Shown here: positions 1 through 9,554 of the stretch, piece after piece | How the letters are laid out: every line of letters starts with the position of its first letter | Position numbering within the stretch: the first letter of the stretch is position 1 | Virus record (IMG/VR): IMGVR_UViG_3300015263_001568 | Location: 1 to 64,000 of that record | DNA from: a virus | DNA: 64,000 nucleotides | Reading direction: 5' to 3' (one strand) | Notes under the pieces: generated by a model | The model's input: only the letters and a program-made list of their open reading frames with translations | Database searches by the model: none | What the model was told of the DNA's origin: nothing | Made by a program: the position numbers and the translations under genes

Positions 1-411
1 ATACACTTCTCTGCGCTTAACCTGTTCTGTGCTGTCTCCATACAAGCGCAAGTGCTCCGCTATCTCCATGAGAGCTTCATCGCGGTGTGAAGAGCTAAGC
101 CACTCATAAAAGGTGCTCTGGTAATTGTCGGTCGCCGACCCCCACGCGTCTTCGAGAATTTTAGCTTCCAATGCCTTGTCGGCCAAAATGTCCTCTAGCT
201 GCACATTCTTCAGCGTGGCTTCACTGTCTGCCCAAGCGTCCAGGTCGTACCACACAGCGTGCTGCGCGACGAACATAAATCCAGGCTCGTAAGAATCTGA
301 AACGTCTAAATCGTCCACGTTGACGCCAAGCGCATTAGCCACATCTTGAATGGCGGCGTCTTTGGTTGCAGCAAGCCGATATACGGCACCACGATAACGG
401 ATGCGGTTCAT
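1..411 (-). CDS. Hypothetical, probably head-module protein (3' end runs off the window)
   Basis: Not in the ORF track. ATG at 411 overlaps the portal stop (ATGA). Open frame MNRIRYRGAVYRLAATKDAAIQDVANALG... continues to the window edge. Confidence 0.75.
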   Translation of the reverse strand, partial: MNRIRYRGAVYRLAATKDAAIQDVANALGVNVDDLDVSDSYEPGFMFVAQHAVWYDLDAWADSEATLKNVQLEDILADKALEAKILEDAWGSATDNYQSTFYEWLSSSHRDEALMEIAEHLRLYGDSTEQVKRREVY

Positions 412-2732
412 TTGGTTTTACCTGTCAACAGCTCGTGCTTTTTCAGGAGCTTTTCACCACGCGCATTAAAGCGCATTCCGCGGCTACGTTGCACCGCAGC
501 CAAACCATCTTCCCATTGGCCACGGTTAGACTGCTTGTCCTTTTGCAACTGGTCTGCGCCAGAGAGCTTGTTGAGCGCGACGATTTCTGTCGTAAGCGCT
601 TTGGTCAAGCCCTCACCGTTCATCCGATTGCCCAGCCATTGCCGTACCAATGTGTACGTCTGCTCCTGTAGCCGTTGCGGTGGTACGTAACCCAAGCGCA
701 TGGCAAGGTAGCCAACCATCTGCACTTGTAGCTTGTCCAAACCATCCTCACGCCAACGCCGGGGAAGCTGCTCTGCTAGCTTGCGCCGAGCCCGCAGCTC
801 TGGATTGGTTTGTCCAATGTCGTGTAGGAGCTTTGCATACCTGCGCTTCGGCAGGCCAAAGAAGGCGCCATCCTGGTCCCAGATGGGAAGGGCCTCCAGG
901 CGGTCCATGACGGACCGTGGTTCGCCCGTCACCACGCGGCTAGGCAACCCCTTGGCCCGGAACCGTGCGCCTTCCAGAGAGGCTCCTGCGCCTTCCTCGC
1001 CACCGGCTGGTGCAGCGGGGGCTTCAGGCGCGGTCGGAGCAGCCGGTCCCGCCTCTTCGCCACCACCGGCTTCCTCTTCAGGTGCCAGCTCTTCACCGCC
1101 AAAGAGCCCACCGCCCGCTTCTTCCTCACCGCCGAACAAGCCGCCACCTTCCTCGCCACCCGCAGCGGCACCGGTGTAGTTCCCTTCCGCATCGAATCCA
1201 TACTGCTCGGCAAGCTGCACCAACGCGACACGGTGCTCATAGATTTGCTTGCGCGTTTCGATATCCGATTGGAAAGACTCAAGTGCTTTTTCGAGGTCGT
1301 AACCACCCGCTTGCGCCAGCATGTGTGTCGTGACTGGAAGGCCCTTTTCTTCCATACGGTCGAGCAGGTCAAGATAGGTTTCATCCGCAATCGGTTCGAT
1401 GGGACGATCCCATTCAACCGTTGGAATGAGTAGCTCGTCTTCGGTGTAGTATTTCTTCGCTACACGGATACGATGCGACAGGTGAGCTTCAGTGCGCTTG
1501 ACGTAGCCATTTTGCCGCGCCAGTGTCATCAGCATCTTTTCGACGACGATTTTGCGCGTAAAGTACGCCCGCAACGCACGCACGCGCTCCAATAACACAG
1601 AAACAACGGTATCTAATGAATTCCACGAAGCTTCTCCTGAGAGCAGCGTTTCAGAAATTCCCAATGCGCGCATCTTGGCAGCGCTGAGGAAATCCCACTC
1701 ATCCGACATTTTCCAGATGGTGTCCTTGCCGCCGCCTAATTCCTGAATGTCTACTTCTGTGCGCGTGAGGATATATCCGCCGATGGGGTCCTCTTCCGCA
1801 GCGAATGCCTGGTCGAGCAGCGTTTCCATTTCCCAAGACGTGTAGTCTTCAGGAACCTTCATGTGGCGCAACGGACCCGCACGCCGACGAGCACCAGCAA
1901 TGGTTGCATCCACCAATGCCTTTTCGTAAATCCAGTAAGGCAAAATGCGGGTGAGATAGCTAGAGCCATAGCGGTCCGTAGCGAACGCCTTCCGCGGCAG
2001 GAACATGGTATTTTCCGGAGCCAACGGAATAGACTTTCCAGCCGCCATCATTTTGATCAGCACCGGATCGATATCGCGGCGCTGTGCAATGATGCGCGGA
2101 TCTTGGCTGGTAGCCCACTGCACGTCTTCGTCGCTAGGCTGCACATCGATGAGCGGCGGCTTGCTCGGGAATGGCGAGACGGTGATTTTAACATGGTCGA
2201 GATCGTGGACAATCGTTTCCGTCCAATAGCCACGGCGCTCATCCATCAGCTGATGGAAGACAAATCGACCAAACGTTAGATAGGAGTGCAGCAAATCCGG
2301 CATGACGCTTGCGATGCCAGATGCTGAGATGGCGTCATTGTACTCTTGCAGGACATCCGTATCGTCCAAGCCACCGAGCAGAATTTCATTGGAGAACGCC
2401 AGGTCGGACCAATATTCCGTCGCCGGGCCAGCGATGGGGTCGAACATAATGATCTGGCGATAGACTTTGTTTTGCGTGGCGGTATCGGTAGGAAGATATT
2501 CCTCCGCCAGCGTGGGTGCCTCGGCGCGCTCGTAGAGCGGATTGTACCGCTGCAAGCCAGACCCACCTGCTGGGAATGGAGCATGGGTGCCACCGCTTGA
2601 ACCGCTGCCACCACCTGTTCCGGCAGCTTGGCGCTTCAGGCGACGGCGCGAACCGCGGCCTTTGCCTACTGCCGCAGTGCGCATGCCTTGCCGCAGTCGG
2701 CCGCCGGACATATCGTAGTTGATTTTGAACAT
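408..2732 (-). CDS. Portal protein
   Basis: 774 aa, two genes downstream of TerL. Helical core followed by a G/E/P-rich low-complexity segment, as in large-phage portals. Confidence 0.75.
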   Translation of the reverse strand: MFKINYDMSGGRLRQGMRTAAVGKGRGSRRRLKRQAAGTGGGSGSSGGTHAPFPAGGSGLQRYNPLYERAEAPTLAEEYLPTDTATQNKVYRQIIMFDPIAGPATEYWSDLAFSNEILLGGLDDTDVLQEYNDAISASGIASVMPDLLHSYLTFGRFVFHQLMDERRGYWTETIVHDLDHVKITVSPFPSKPPLIDVQPSDEDVQWATSQDPRIIAQRRDIDPVLIKMMAAGKSIPLAPENTMFLPRKAFATDRYGSSYLTRILPYWIYEKALVDATIAGARRRAGPLRHMKVPEDYTSWEMETLLDQAFAAEEDPIGGYILTRTEVDIQELGGGKDTIWKMSDEWDFLSAAKMRALGISETLLSGEASWNSLDTVVSVLLERVRALRAYFTRKIVVEKMLMTLARQNGYVKRTEAHLSHRIRVAKKYYTEDELLIPTVEWDRPIEPIADETYLDLLDRMEEKGLPVTTHMLAQAGGYDLEKALESFQSDIETRKQIYEHRVALVQLAEQYGFDAEGNYTGAAAGGEEGGGLFGGEEEAGGGLFGGEELAPEEEAGGGEEAGPAAPTAPEAPAAPAGGEEGAGASLEGARFRAKGLPSRVVTGEPRSVMDRLEALPIWDQDGAFFGLPKRRYAKLLHDIGQTNPELRARRKLAEQLPRRWREDGLDKLQVQMVGYLAMRLGYVPPQRLQEQTYTLVRQWLGNRMNGEGLTKALTTEIVALNKLSGADQLQKDKQSNRGQWEDGLAAVQRSRGMRFNARGEKLLKKHELLTGKTK

Positions 2733-2756
2733 CGTCTATTCGTCTTCAGTTGTCTC

Positions 2757-3071
2757 TTACCACAACGTGGCACGGCAGCTTTGGCAGTACAGCGCGTTCT
2801 CGTATTCCGAGAGCTTCACCATAGACATTTGCGTCTTGCAGTTGGGACATACGCCTTTGTTCGCCAGGAACTCTTGGGTATTTCCCTTGGTGCTCGCAGT
2901 ACGCACTTGGTGGGTAGGCTGCCGGCGCAGCTCGGTGTCAATGATAGCCGCCGCCGTGTCGGTGGTAGCACCAGACATGCGTAGCGTTCCAACAATGCGT
3001 TCGATGGCCTTTTGTTCCAACGGCACGTTCATGCTGGCTGCACGCTGACGGACTAGATCATACAGTGTCAT
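2757..3071 (-). CDS. Small Zn-ribbon protein
   Basis: CPNC...CQSC at the C-terminus; overlaps the TerL stop. Confidence 0.7.
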   Translation of the reverse strand: MTLYDLVRQRAASMNVPLEQKAIERIVGTLRMSGATTDTAAAIIDTELRRQPTHQVRTASTKGNTQEFLANKGVCPNCKTQMSMVKLSEYENALYCQSCRATLW

Positions 3072-5221
3072 GATGTTCTCCTACGACGTGCGCCAATGAC
3101 GCGCGCTTGCTGCTGTGAAGTGGTGCCGAAATTAGACGTCGTATTGGCACCACGACTGCGGCCATGTCGGCTCGCAAAGCGGGCAACAAATTGTTGGTTA
3201 ACCGCACCAGCCGGGCGTGCCCGTCGACTTTTCTGCGTAATTTCTTTTTGGTTGGAGCGCAGAAAATGATGCGCCAACACAACCGTACGGAACAAGTCGT
3301 CATTGCCGCCATCTGGCTTGAAGACCTGCTTCTTGAATTGATTGACCGTGCACAGCTGCACTTGCAGGTGCGCCTTGGGATGTTGCGCACGAAGCGCCGG
3401 ATCTTGTATCTTCAGCAATTTACCCGGGTCGATTTCCGGCTTGCTGAACCAGACCTTTGCTGATTGTAGGTCATCCCGAAAAGCTTCAAAGTCTTTCCAC
3501 GCCAGACTGTAGCGTTGCGCATCCACCTTGTGGTTCATGCGCAGGTCGTTGATGGCGTACGTGGATTCCCAACGGTCATAGGCAACAAAGATGAAGTTGA
3601 AGTGCTGGCATAGCTTCAGGACCACCTCATTATAGCACCAAGCCAGGTCAATGTGGTGGCCTTTCCAAGGGCAAACTTCAATCAGCGATTCGACCAGCAG
3701 CGCATCCCGGTCTACCAAGTACCGTGACATGCAGACAGCAAATGCGTTCTTCTTTTCGCCGTTGTCCACCGTCAGAATTCGCGGCGTCGAACGGTCGGAA
3801 TGAATGTTGGTCAGCCGCGGTTGCAGCATCACCCGACCACCGGCTGGATCTTCGCCAATGCTGATGTCGTACTCAAATGGTACTACTGCATTAGGCGGCG
3901 CCTCATACGTGACACTGCTAAGGATCTCAAATCCATCATCTCGGAAAAATGGGCTTGCTGCCTTTGGAGGAATCGCTGCGTAGTCGCGCTGTACTGTATC
4001 CGGATCAAACTGCTCTTCTAGCGAGCGGCGCGTCCATTTCGGATTCACATCCCACGTAGCATGGTGGGAGAAGAACATCCGTGGGCGCTGCGGAGCCGCG
4101 GCACCGAGCTGCATGATAGGGTCGTTGATGCTGGACGGGCTAGACACGTTGAACATGTACGCGTCGATAGCATCGTAGTCATCGAGATGGTTGCGCCGCC
4201 AGTCCGCTGCTTCCTGCAACGTAGAGAGGCTGTTGCGCAACGCTGCGTAGACTTGCTCACCAGAGCGCACCCCACGGCCACCACCGTCGGCCTTGACGTT
4301 GTACCAACCGTATTCGTCAATGGTGGCGAAGAAGCGCGTACCACCGCGCAGCGTCTGCGCATTCGACGCCGACATGTGAATAGCGAGGCGCTTACCCACA
4401 AAGGCCAAGAAGGTCTGCTGCTCACGATAGAGCTGCACACCGAATTTCTTTTCGCGGTCTTTCGTATGTTGCAGATATTCCCTGAACCAGGGACTCTCGT
4501 GATACACGTAGGTGAACGGTTCCCACATGTAAATCTTGACCTGGTCGAGCTTCGGTGCAACGAACGTAGCCTCGAACACTTTATTGGATGGTTCGTCGAA
4601 ATACCGGTTGATGTTGGGCAGCGCTAAGTAGCGGTGCAAAATGTAGGTAAATGCCGAGGAGGCGGTCACCATCGACTTACCCGACCTCTGTCCCCAAACG
4701 CCAACAAATTCGTTGGGAGGCACAGGTCGAGGGTCGACATCTTCGTCCAGATTGGTGTGGCGCCGGTAGCTGGGATCGGTCATCCACTCCGACAGAATTT
4801 CTGTCCGATTTTGCTTGCACTTTGGGCACACGCCATGACGCAGCAGAACAAATCGATCATAGAGATCATCCAGGCTGGCATCAACCGGCACGTCGAAAAT
4901 GTAGTCAAGGTCAGAGCAGCTATAACAGCAATCGCGGAAGAAGTGCACCAGCACCTCGAACTGCCGTGGAAAAAGACGAATGTCGCCACCTAGCATGTCG
5001 TTGCTGTGACACCAATGGATGATGTTATCGGCCACAGGGAACGGCTGCTCAGTGAAGACCGCCGGGTCGAGGTCAGCAGCGATGGCTTGCTGGATTAACT
5101 CAACGGGATTTGGAAGACTGAGTTCGTCGTCGCGAGGCGCAGGTGGACTGTTGGTATCCCAAACAGTCGTTGATGGTTTCCGCGATTTTTTCTTCGCGGA
5201 AATGGCGGCCTTCTTTGTCAT
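3068..5221 (-). CDS. terL: Terminase large subunit
   Basis: Walker A GVWGQRSGKS, Walker B FATIDEYG, coupling motif NVSSP, RNase H-like nuclease motifs ILTVDNG, YDRW and NDDLF. Confidence 0.9.
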   Translation of the reverse strand: MTKKAAISAKKKSRKPSTTVWDTNSPPAPRDDELSLPNPVELIQQAIAADLDPAVFTEQPFPVADNIIHWCHSNDMLGGDIRLFPRQFEVLVHFFRDCCYSCSDLDYIFDVPVDASLDDLYDRFVLLRHGVCPKCKQNRTEILSEWMTDPSYRRHTNLDEDVDPRPVPPNEFVGVWGQRSGKSMVTASSAFTYILHRYLALPNINRYFDEPSNKVFEATFVAPKLDQVKIYMWEPFTYVYHESPWFREYLQHTKDREKKFGVQLYREQQTFLAFVGKRLAIHMSASNAQTLRGGTRFFATIDEYGWYNVKADGGGRGVRSGEQVYAALRNSLSTLQEAADWRRNHLDDYDAIDAYMFNVSSPSSINDPIMQLGAAAPQRPRMFFSHHATWDVNPKWTRRSLEEQFDPDTVQRDYAAIPPKAASPFFRDDGFEILSSVTYEAPPNAVVPFEYDISIGEDPAGGRVMLQPRLTNIHSDRSTPRILTVDNGEKKNAFAVCMSRYLVDRDALLVESLIEVCPWKGHHIDLAWCYNEVVLKLCQHFNFIFVAYDRWESTYAINDLRMNHKVDAQRYSLAWKDFEAFRDDLQSAKVWFSKPEIDPGKLLKIQDPALRAQHPKAHLQVQLCTVNQFKKQVFKPDGGNDDLFRTVVLAHHFLRSNQKEITQKSRRARPAGAVNQQFVARFASRHGRSRGANTTSNFGTTSQQQARVIGARRRRTS

Positions 5222-5556
5222 TTGACGATAATGTAGGTCCCAAGACGTTCTAGCTGCTCAAGCTGCGTTTGGCGCACCTTGGCGGCTTCTAGTGTTTCTT
5301 TCAACCCCTCTCTCAATCTAATAAGGCTGTCTTTGGAACGTACTTGCGGCTTTTCCGCTTGTGCGCCAAGCTGCTCAGCATAGAGCTTCTCAATGGCGTG
5401 CTTACGTTGGTTGGCCAACTGTAATGTATGCTTCAGTGTGGCAAGGCAACGTTGCACATAGCGCTCTGGTCGTACTGGTCGCTTATCCCGGTCTTCCTTG
5501 TCTTCCTGGATACTAGGGAAGATAGGGATCCAAGGATCCGTGATGGCTGTCTTCAT
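5218..5556 (-). CDS. Hypothetical helical protein
   Basis: 4-bp overlaps with both neighbours. Confidence 0.65.
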   Translation of the reverse strand: MKTAITDPWIPIFPSIQEDKEDRDKRPVRPERYVQRCLATLKHTLQLANQRKHAIEKLYAEQLGAQAEKPQVRSKDSLIRLREGLKETLEAAKVRQTQLEQLERLGTYIIVK

Positions 5557-5999
5557 TGCTTCCGCAGCCTCTCCAGCATGTCAGTTTGCTGCTGAATGGT
5601 ATCACGCAGGAGCTGTACGATATGGTCGAAAGCGTCGATGTCACGTCGGTATTGTTGGATCGTGACAAACTCTTTGAACATATCTCGACCATTGTCTTTT
5701 AGGCCGTCAATTTGTGCGCGCAGCTGATCAATGGACGCACGGTCAGCAGCATCGCCGCAGCGCCGGCTCAGCGATTCCAGCTTTTCCTTTAGACTGCCGA
5801 TTTCCGCCTGTACCAGCACAATGGTGTTCTCTGTCTTTTGCTGCGCATCCTTTAGCTTTTCCCAATCCTTAGCGCGCTTTGACAGCGAGTTGAGGATGAA
5901 TGGCACAGCGATGGCAGCCAGCACGCCAACCACGACACCAATGGTGTTGACAATGGTTGTAGGATCCGTTGATGCGAAAATCAGGTCAATCAAGGTCAA
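5553..5999 (-). CDS. Single-TM coiled-coil protein (holin/antiholin-like candidate)
   Basis: Hydrophobic TIGVVVGVLAAIAVPFIL followed by a heptad coiled coil; lies near the endolysin. Confidence 0.55.
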   Translation of the reverse strand: MTLIDLIFASTDPTTIVNTIGVVVGVLAAIAVPFILNSLSKRAKDWEKLKDAQQKTENTIVLVQAEIGSLKEKLESLSRRCGDAADRASIDQLRAQIDGLKDNGRDMFKEFVTIQQYRRDIDAFDHIVQLLRDTIQQQTDMLERLRKQ

Positions 6000-6702
6000 G
6001 CTCGTGGCCCGTGACCATCTCCACGAAGGTGATGAGGTGCCCTCGGGCTTCTTCAGACACCACTGGGCTGCTGGCCAGCGCTGGTGCCAAAGCGGTTAGG
6101 AAGTCCAGGTCGCCATCATCGGCCGCGCTGGGATTTCCAAGCTCTTCACCGATTAAGGATAAGTCAGCGAGAAGGTGCTTCACCATGGCACCGAAAGCTG
6201 CCGGAACACTACCCAGACCATCCTCAACCACTTCGCCATTGCGCAGCACAGACCACTCTGTGCCGTGCGTGGTAGCGACCGCATAGGTGACATTGCCTAC
6301 CGTGGTGGTGAAACTGTAGGGGTCCACAGAGTCGTCAGGAGGCACGTCTGCCGTGGTGGGCTCTTTGCCTTCCTGCCAACGCGCCTTGACCTGCGTCTCG
6401 TGGGTAAAGACGTTGTCCTCGTCCTGCGTTGAAAAGTCCCATGCGATAGGATATTGCATGAGGACTTCTTCCGTAAGGCGGTCTACGATGGGCTCAACGT
6501 CCATCGGTTCGCCGTCGGGCTTTCCATCCGCGCGGTCGTACCAAATCAGTGTTAATCCAGCCGTCTGTTGATCGGCGGACTCACGGATTTCTTCGGTTTT
6601 AACGTATTCTTCGGGGACTTCGAGCCGGATGCGGTCTTGAAGCTCGCGCAGTGGCTCGATAAGCGACTTGGGCGCCCCGATGTCTTGGGCAAACGTGTAC
6701 AT
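5986..6702 (-). CDS. Hypothetical acidic protein
   Basis: GAGGAG RBS upstream; 238 aa. Confidence 0.7.
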   Translation of the reverse strand: MYTFAQDIGAPKSLIEPLRELQDRIRLEVPEEYVKTEEIRESADQQTAGLTLIWYDRADGKPDGEPMDVEPIVDRLTEEVLMQYPIAWDFSTQDEDNVFTHETQVKARWQEGKEPTTADVPPDDSVDPYSFTTTVGNVTYAVATTHGTEWSVLRNGEVVEDGLGSVPAAFGAMVKHLLADLSLIGEELGNPSAADDGDLDFLTALAPALASSPVVSEEARGHLITFVEMVTGHELDLD

Positions 6703-6709
6703 AACGCTC

Positions 6710-6736
6710 CTCTACAGGAAGCTAGCTCCTATAGAG
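6710..6736 (-). promoter_or_regulatory. Stem-loop overlapping the RBS of the 5986..6702 gene
   Basis: CUCUAUAGGA-N7-UCCUGUAGAG, a 10-bp stem with one G-U pair; the 3' arm covers GAG of GAGGAG. Confidence 0.5.
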
Positions 6737-6770
6737 TAACGTCCGCGCCCGTTTAGGCTACCTTGAGGGA

Positions 6771-7658
6771 TTAACGGCTGGCTTGGCGGGAAGTAGAGCG
6801 GCGGTACAGACGGGGAATATCGGTCACTTTCCAGCGGTGGTAAAAGTACCGGCACTGGTCAATGCGAGTACGATTTTTACGCATCACCACCGGAGATTTC
6901 TGGTGCACTGCGCCGTACTTGAAGCAAAGGACCTTTTTCCAGTATATGGCCCGAGCCACACATTTCCAACGCCGGCTGGCGTAGTAGGGCCGCTTGCACC
7001 GTTGGATGGTCCGGTACATTGGCCCCTGGTTGTAGCGGTTGAGCACGCAGCGCCAATGCTGGTTGTCGTTGTGGATCTTTTTGCACCAGTCAATGTGGTG
7101 TGCAATTTCCTTGGCGCTTTTCAGGAACGACATCGTGAAGTCGTGCTGAAGTCGCCGGCAGAGCGGCACGACGTACTTCCAATATCCATACACATGGTGC
7201 TGTGTGATACCGCAGTCACCCGTGCAGAACTGCTTTTTGTGCCACGGTGTGCTGCCTTGGCATTGAGCCGACAACATGATGAGCGGGCGAAAATCAGACT
7301 CCATGCGACCAATGGCCAGCATCAAGAATGGATCAACACCGGTCTTTTTGTACGCCGCATAGGCTGCCTTGGCCAAGCGGATCTTGTACGAGGTCGTCAT
7401 CGGTAGACCGCGGTCACGAATCGACTCAGCGCCAACGGCCAAGCGCAGCAGCATGACCTGCGCTTTACCATTCTTGCCTTTCAACATTTGGCTACGGAAC
7501 AGTGCGCGGTCCTTTGCGTCATAACGACGCAGAAGCTGCTTCACCTGCGCTGCTTGCGGAGACTCGATGACGACGCGCGGCTCCACCGATGTGGAATTTA
7601 CCGAGGGTGAATTCGGCGGTGTGGCCAATAACGTCATAAGAAAGATGGACACGAACAT
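6771..7658 (-). CDS. SLT-family lytic transglycosylase (endolysin) with N-terminal signal/anchor
   Basis: GVDPFLMLAIGRMESDF (catalytic Glu), GITQ and YNQG motifs; hydrophobic N-terminus; 10 Cys. Confidence 0.8.
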   Translation of the reverse strand: MFVSIFLMTLLATPPNSPSVNSTSVEPRVVIESPQAAQVKQLLRRYDAKDRALFRSQMLKGKNGKAQVMLLRLAVGAESIRDRGLPMTTSYKIRLAKAAYAAYKKTGVDPFLMLAIGRMESDFRPLIMLSAQCQGSTPWHKKQFCTGDCGITQHHVYGYWKYVVPLCRRLQHDFTMSFLKSAKEIAHHIDWCKKIHNDNQHWRCVLNRYNQGPMYRTIQRCKRPYYASRRWKCVARAIYWKKVLCFKYGAVHQKSPVVMRKNRTRIDQCRYFYHRWKVTDIPRLYRRSTSRQASR

Positions 7659-7862
7659 GGAAAACCTCTTCAGGACAAAATCGTCCCAGCTTGGTGAGGC
7701 CGAAACCCCACGGCGGCGCGTAACTTATCTCAAATTGTCGGGAGGCGCCAGAAGTTTCTGAAGAAAGGAATTAGGTGGGCTACTCTAGGTTGGCGTGCTA
7801 ACTGACTTCAGCGAGCCAACTTGCGCTTAGTGCGCTGGGCACCTAGCAGTGATATTTTCTCC

Positions 7863-8483
7863 TCAATTCACCGATGGCCGCTTTGGCTTGGCCTTTGCTT
7901 TGCTGCCGAAGTCTTCTTCGAGAATGCCCTTCAGCTTGCTGATAAGATCACGCGTTTTAGCGTCGTAGCGTTCTGCCATACGCGAGGTCAAACTCTTCGT
8001 CGCCCGGTCCACACGTGCTGCGTTTTCCGCGCCAACGAAGCCAAGAATATCTGTGCGCGTACGGCGCACTTCCTCAATAGTGATGGTAGCGAACTCGCGA
8101 ACCAACGGTTCCAGGATCTGCTCGGTGATCTTCTGAAGGAGAACCGTAGACGGCTGGAGCTTATCCAGGGTGGCGATGGTCTCGCGAATTTCCTTGGCCA
8201 ACTTGATGAAGTGGCCCATCGCGTACGGGTTGTCTTCTGGGTCGTAGGACTGCCGCATTTCCTTGGCGGTGGTGTCCAGAACTTGCAGCAGGTGCGTCAA
8301 CATTTCATGACCGGACTTGGGCGGCTTTTTAACGCACTTCTTGACGTGCGTTGCCACGTACTTCGCATCGACGGAGTACGTATTTGCCAGCTGGACGATG
8401 GTTGAATCGCCCCTCTGGATTTCCTTATCGAGCTGCTCTACCAACTTCAGCGGGAGCAAGCGTCCACAGAGTCTACAAGCCAT
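7863..8483 (-). CDS. Zn/HTH protein, probable terminase small subunit
   Basis: N-terminal CRLC...HTH...HVKKC followed by long helices; upstream of the packaging genes. Confidence 0.5.
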   Translation of the reverse strand: MACRLCGRLLPLKLVEQLDKEIQRGDSTIVQLANTYSVDAKYVATHVKKCVKKPPKSGHEMLTHLLQVLDTTAKEMRQSYDPEDNPYAMGHFIKLAKEIRETIATLDKLQPSTVLLQKITEQILEPLVREFATITIEEVRRTRTDILGFVGAENAARVDRATKSLTSRMAERYDAKTRDLISKLKGILEEDFGSKAKAKPKRPSVN

Positions 8484-8920
8484 CAGCGCACCGTGTAATT
8501 GATGTCAACGTCAAAATCCACAAAGTCAATACGCTCCTCACGCGGCGAAATCTTCACCTGTGCAATGTCTTGGCCATCACTCCATTGCAGGTCTTTCAAA
8601 CGCGGAGTTCCGATTCCGTAATCATACACATAGAGGTCGCGAAGTAGACCCGAGATGCTTTTTCGTACTTCATCTGGAACCGATATGTCTAGTAAGGCGC
8701 GCTGTGCTTGCTTGTCTGACAGCTTCTCTAGCGCCCGCGATAGCACACGACGCTGCTTGCCAAGAAGGCGGGCAAGCGTTTGCCCCGATATTGAAAACGA
8801 CACCGTACACATCGAGTACAGGTCACTGAGGACGTCGTCTTCAGAAGGCTCTGGCTCTTGGTCAACCGCGAAGTCCGCTTCGGTTACGGAGATGTCCGCT
8901 GTACTGTAGCTGCGTCGCAT
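8483..8920 (-). CDS. Hypothetical protein
   Basis: Start moved to ATG 8920 (MRRSYS), just after the upstream stop at 8925. Confidence 0.6.
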   Translation of the reverse strand: MRRSYSTADISVTEADFAVDQEPEPSEDDVLSDLYSMCTVSFSISGQTLARLLGKQRRVLSRALEKLSDKQAQRALLDISVPDEVRKSISGLLRDLYVYDYGIGTPRLKDLQWSDGQDIAQVKISPREERIDFVDFDVDINYTVR

Positions 8921-8924
8921 GTGC

Positions 8925-9554
8925 TTACCGTTGTTGTGGGCGCAGCCGACCAAAATTCTGGCTGCTGGCAGTGCGTGGCGTAGCAGTGGTGGCGTTGACC
9001 AGCGTGCCAAATGTTGGTGGCACCATATCGCGGTCCTCGAAGTCGTCGAGTGTAGCCGGCCGAAGTCCCAGCTGCGATACGTGCTTGGCTTCGGCTTCGA
9101 TTTGGTAGGGCATGCCGTCGTCGGGGTCGATCATTTCCAGCAAAAAGGACTGGACCTCACGCTCACCACCCTGGTCGTCGGCCACCTTGGTCAGCTGCTG
9201 TCGGCGCACCAGCACCAGTGGGTAGATGTCCTCCGCGTTCTCGGCGAAGTACCACTTGCCCTCGTCCAGCGCGAGCTTGAATGCCCGAACACGCCGTGGC
9301 GGCTTGGCCAACGGCAGGTCCTTCTCGCCCTGAAGAGCTTCAATGGTGCAGCCGCACTCGGTGATGGCCTCTTCGATGGCTGGCATGGAGGATGCCCTCA
9401 CATCGTCCAGGACAGCCCTGTAGGCGCTCGTAGCGAACAGGGGATACCCCAGGTGCTCCAGGCGCCGTCCAGCCCGCCGTAGGGCCTTCTGAGAGCCTCC
9501 TAGGACGATAGATGCCCAACCGGGCTCAGTAAGCGTGGAAGCCATTGTAATCAT
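8925..9554 (-). CDS. Hypothetical protein
   Basis: ATGA overlap with the upstream gene. Confidence 0.65.
   Translation of the reverse strand: MITMASTLTEPGWASIVLGGSQKALRRAGRRLEHLGYPLFATSAYRAVLDDVRASSMPAIEEAITECGCTIEALQGEKDLPLAKPPRRVRAFKLALDEGKWYFAENAEDIYPLVLVRRQQLTKVADDQGGEREVQSFLLEMIDPDDGMPYQIEAEAKHVSQLGLRPATLDDFEDRDMVPPTFGTLVNATTATPRTASSQNFGRLRPQQR

Noticed and set aside
7690-7715. Hammerhead ribozyme (GAGGCCGAAAC)
   Set aside because: The CUGANGA core and a proper stem II are absent.
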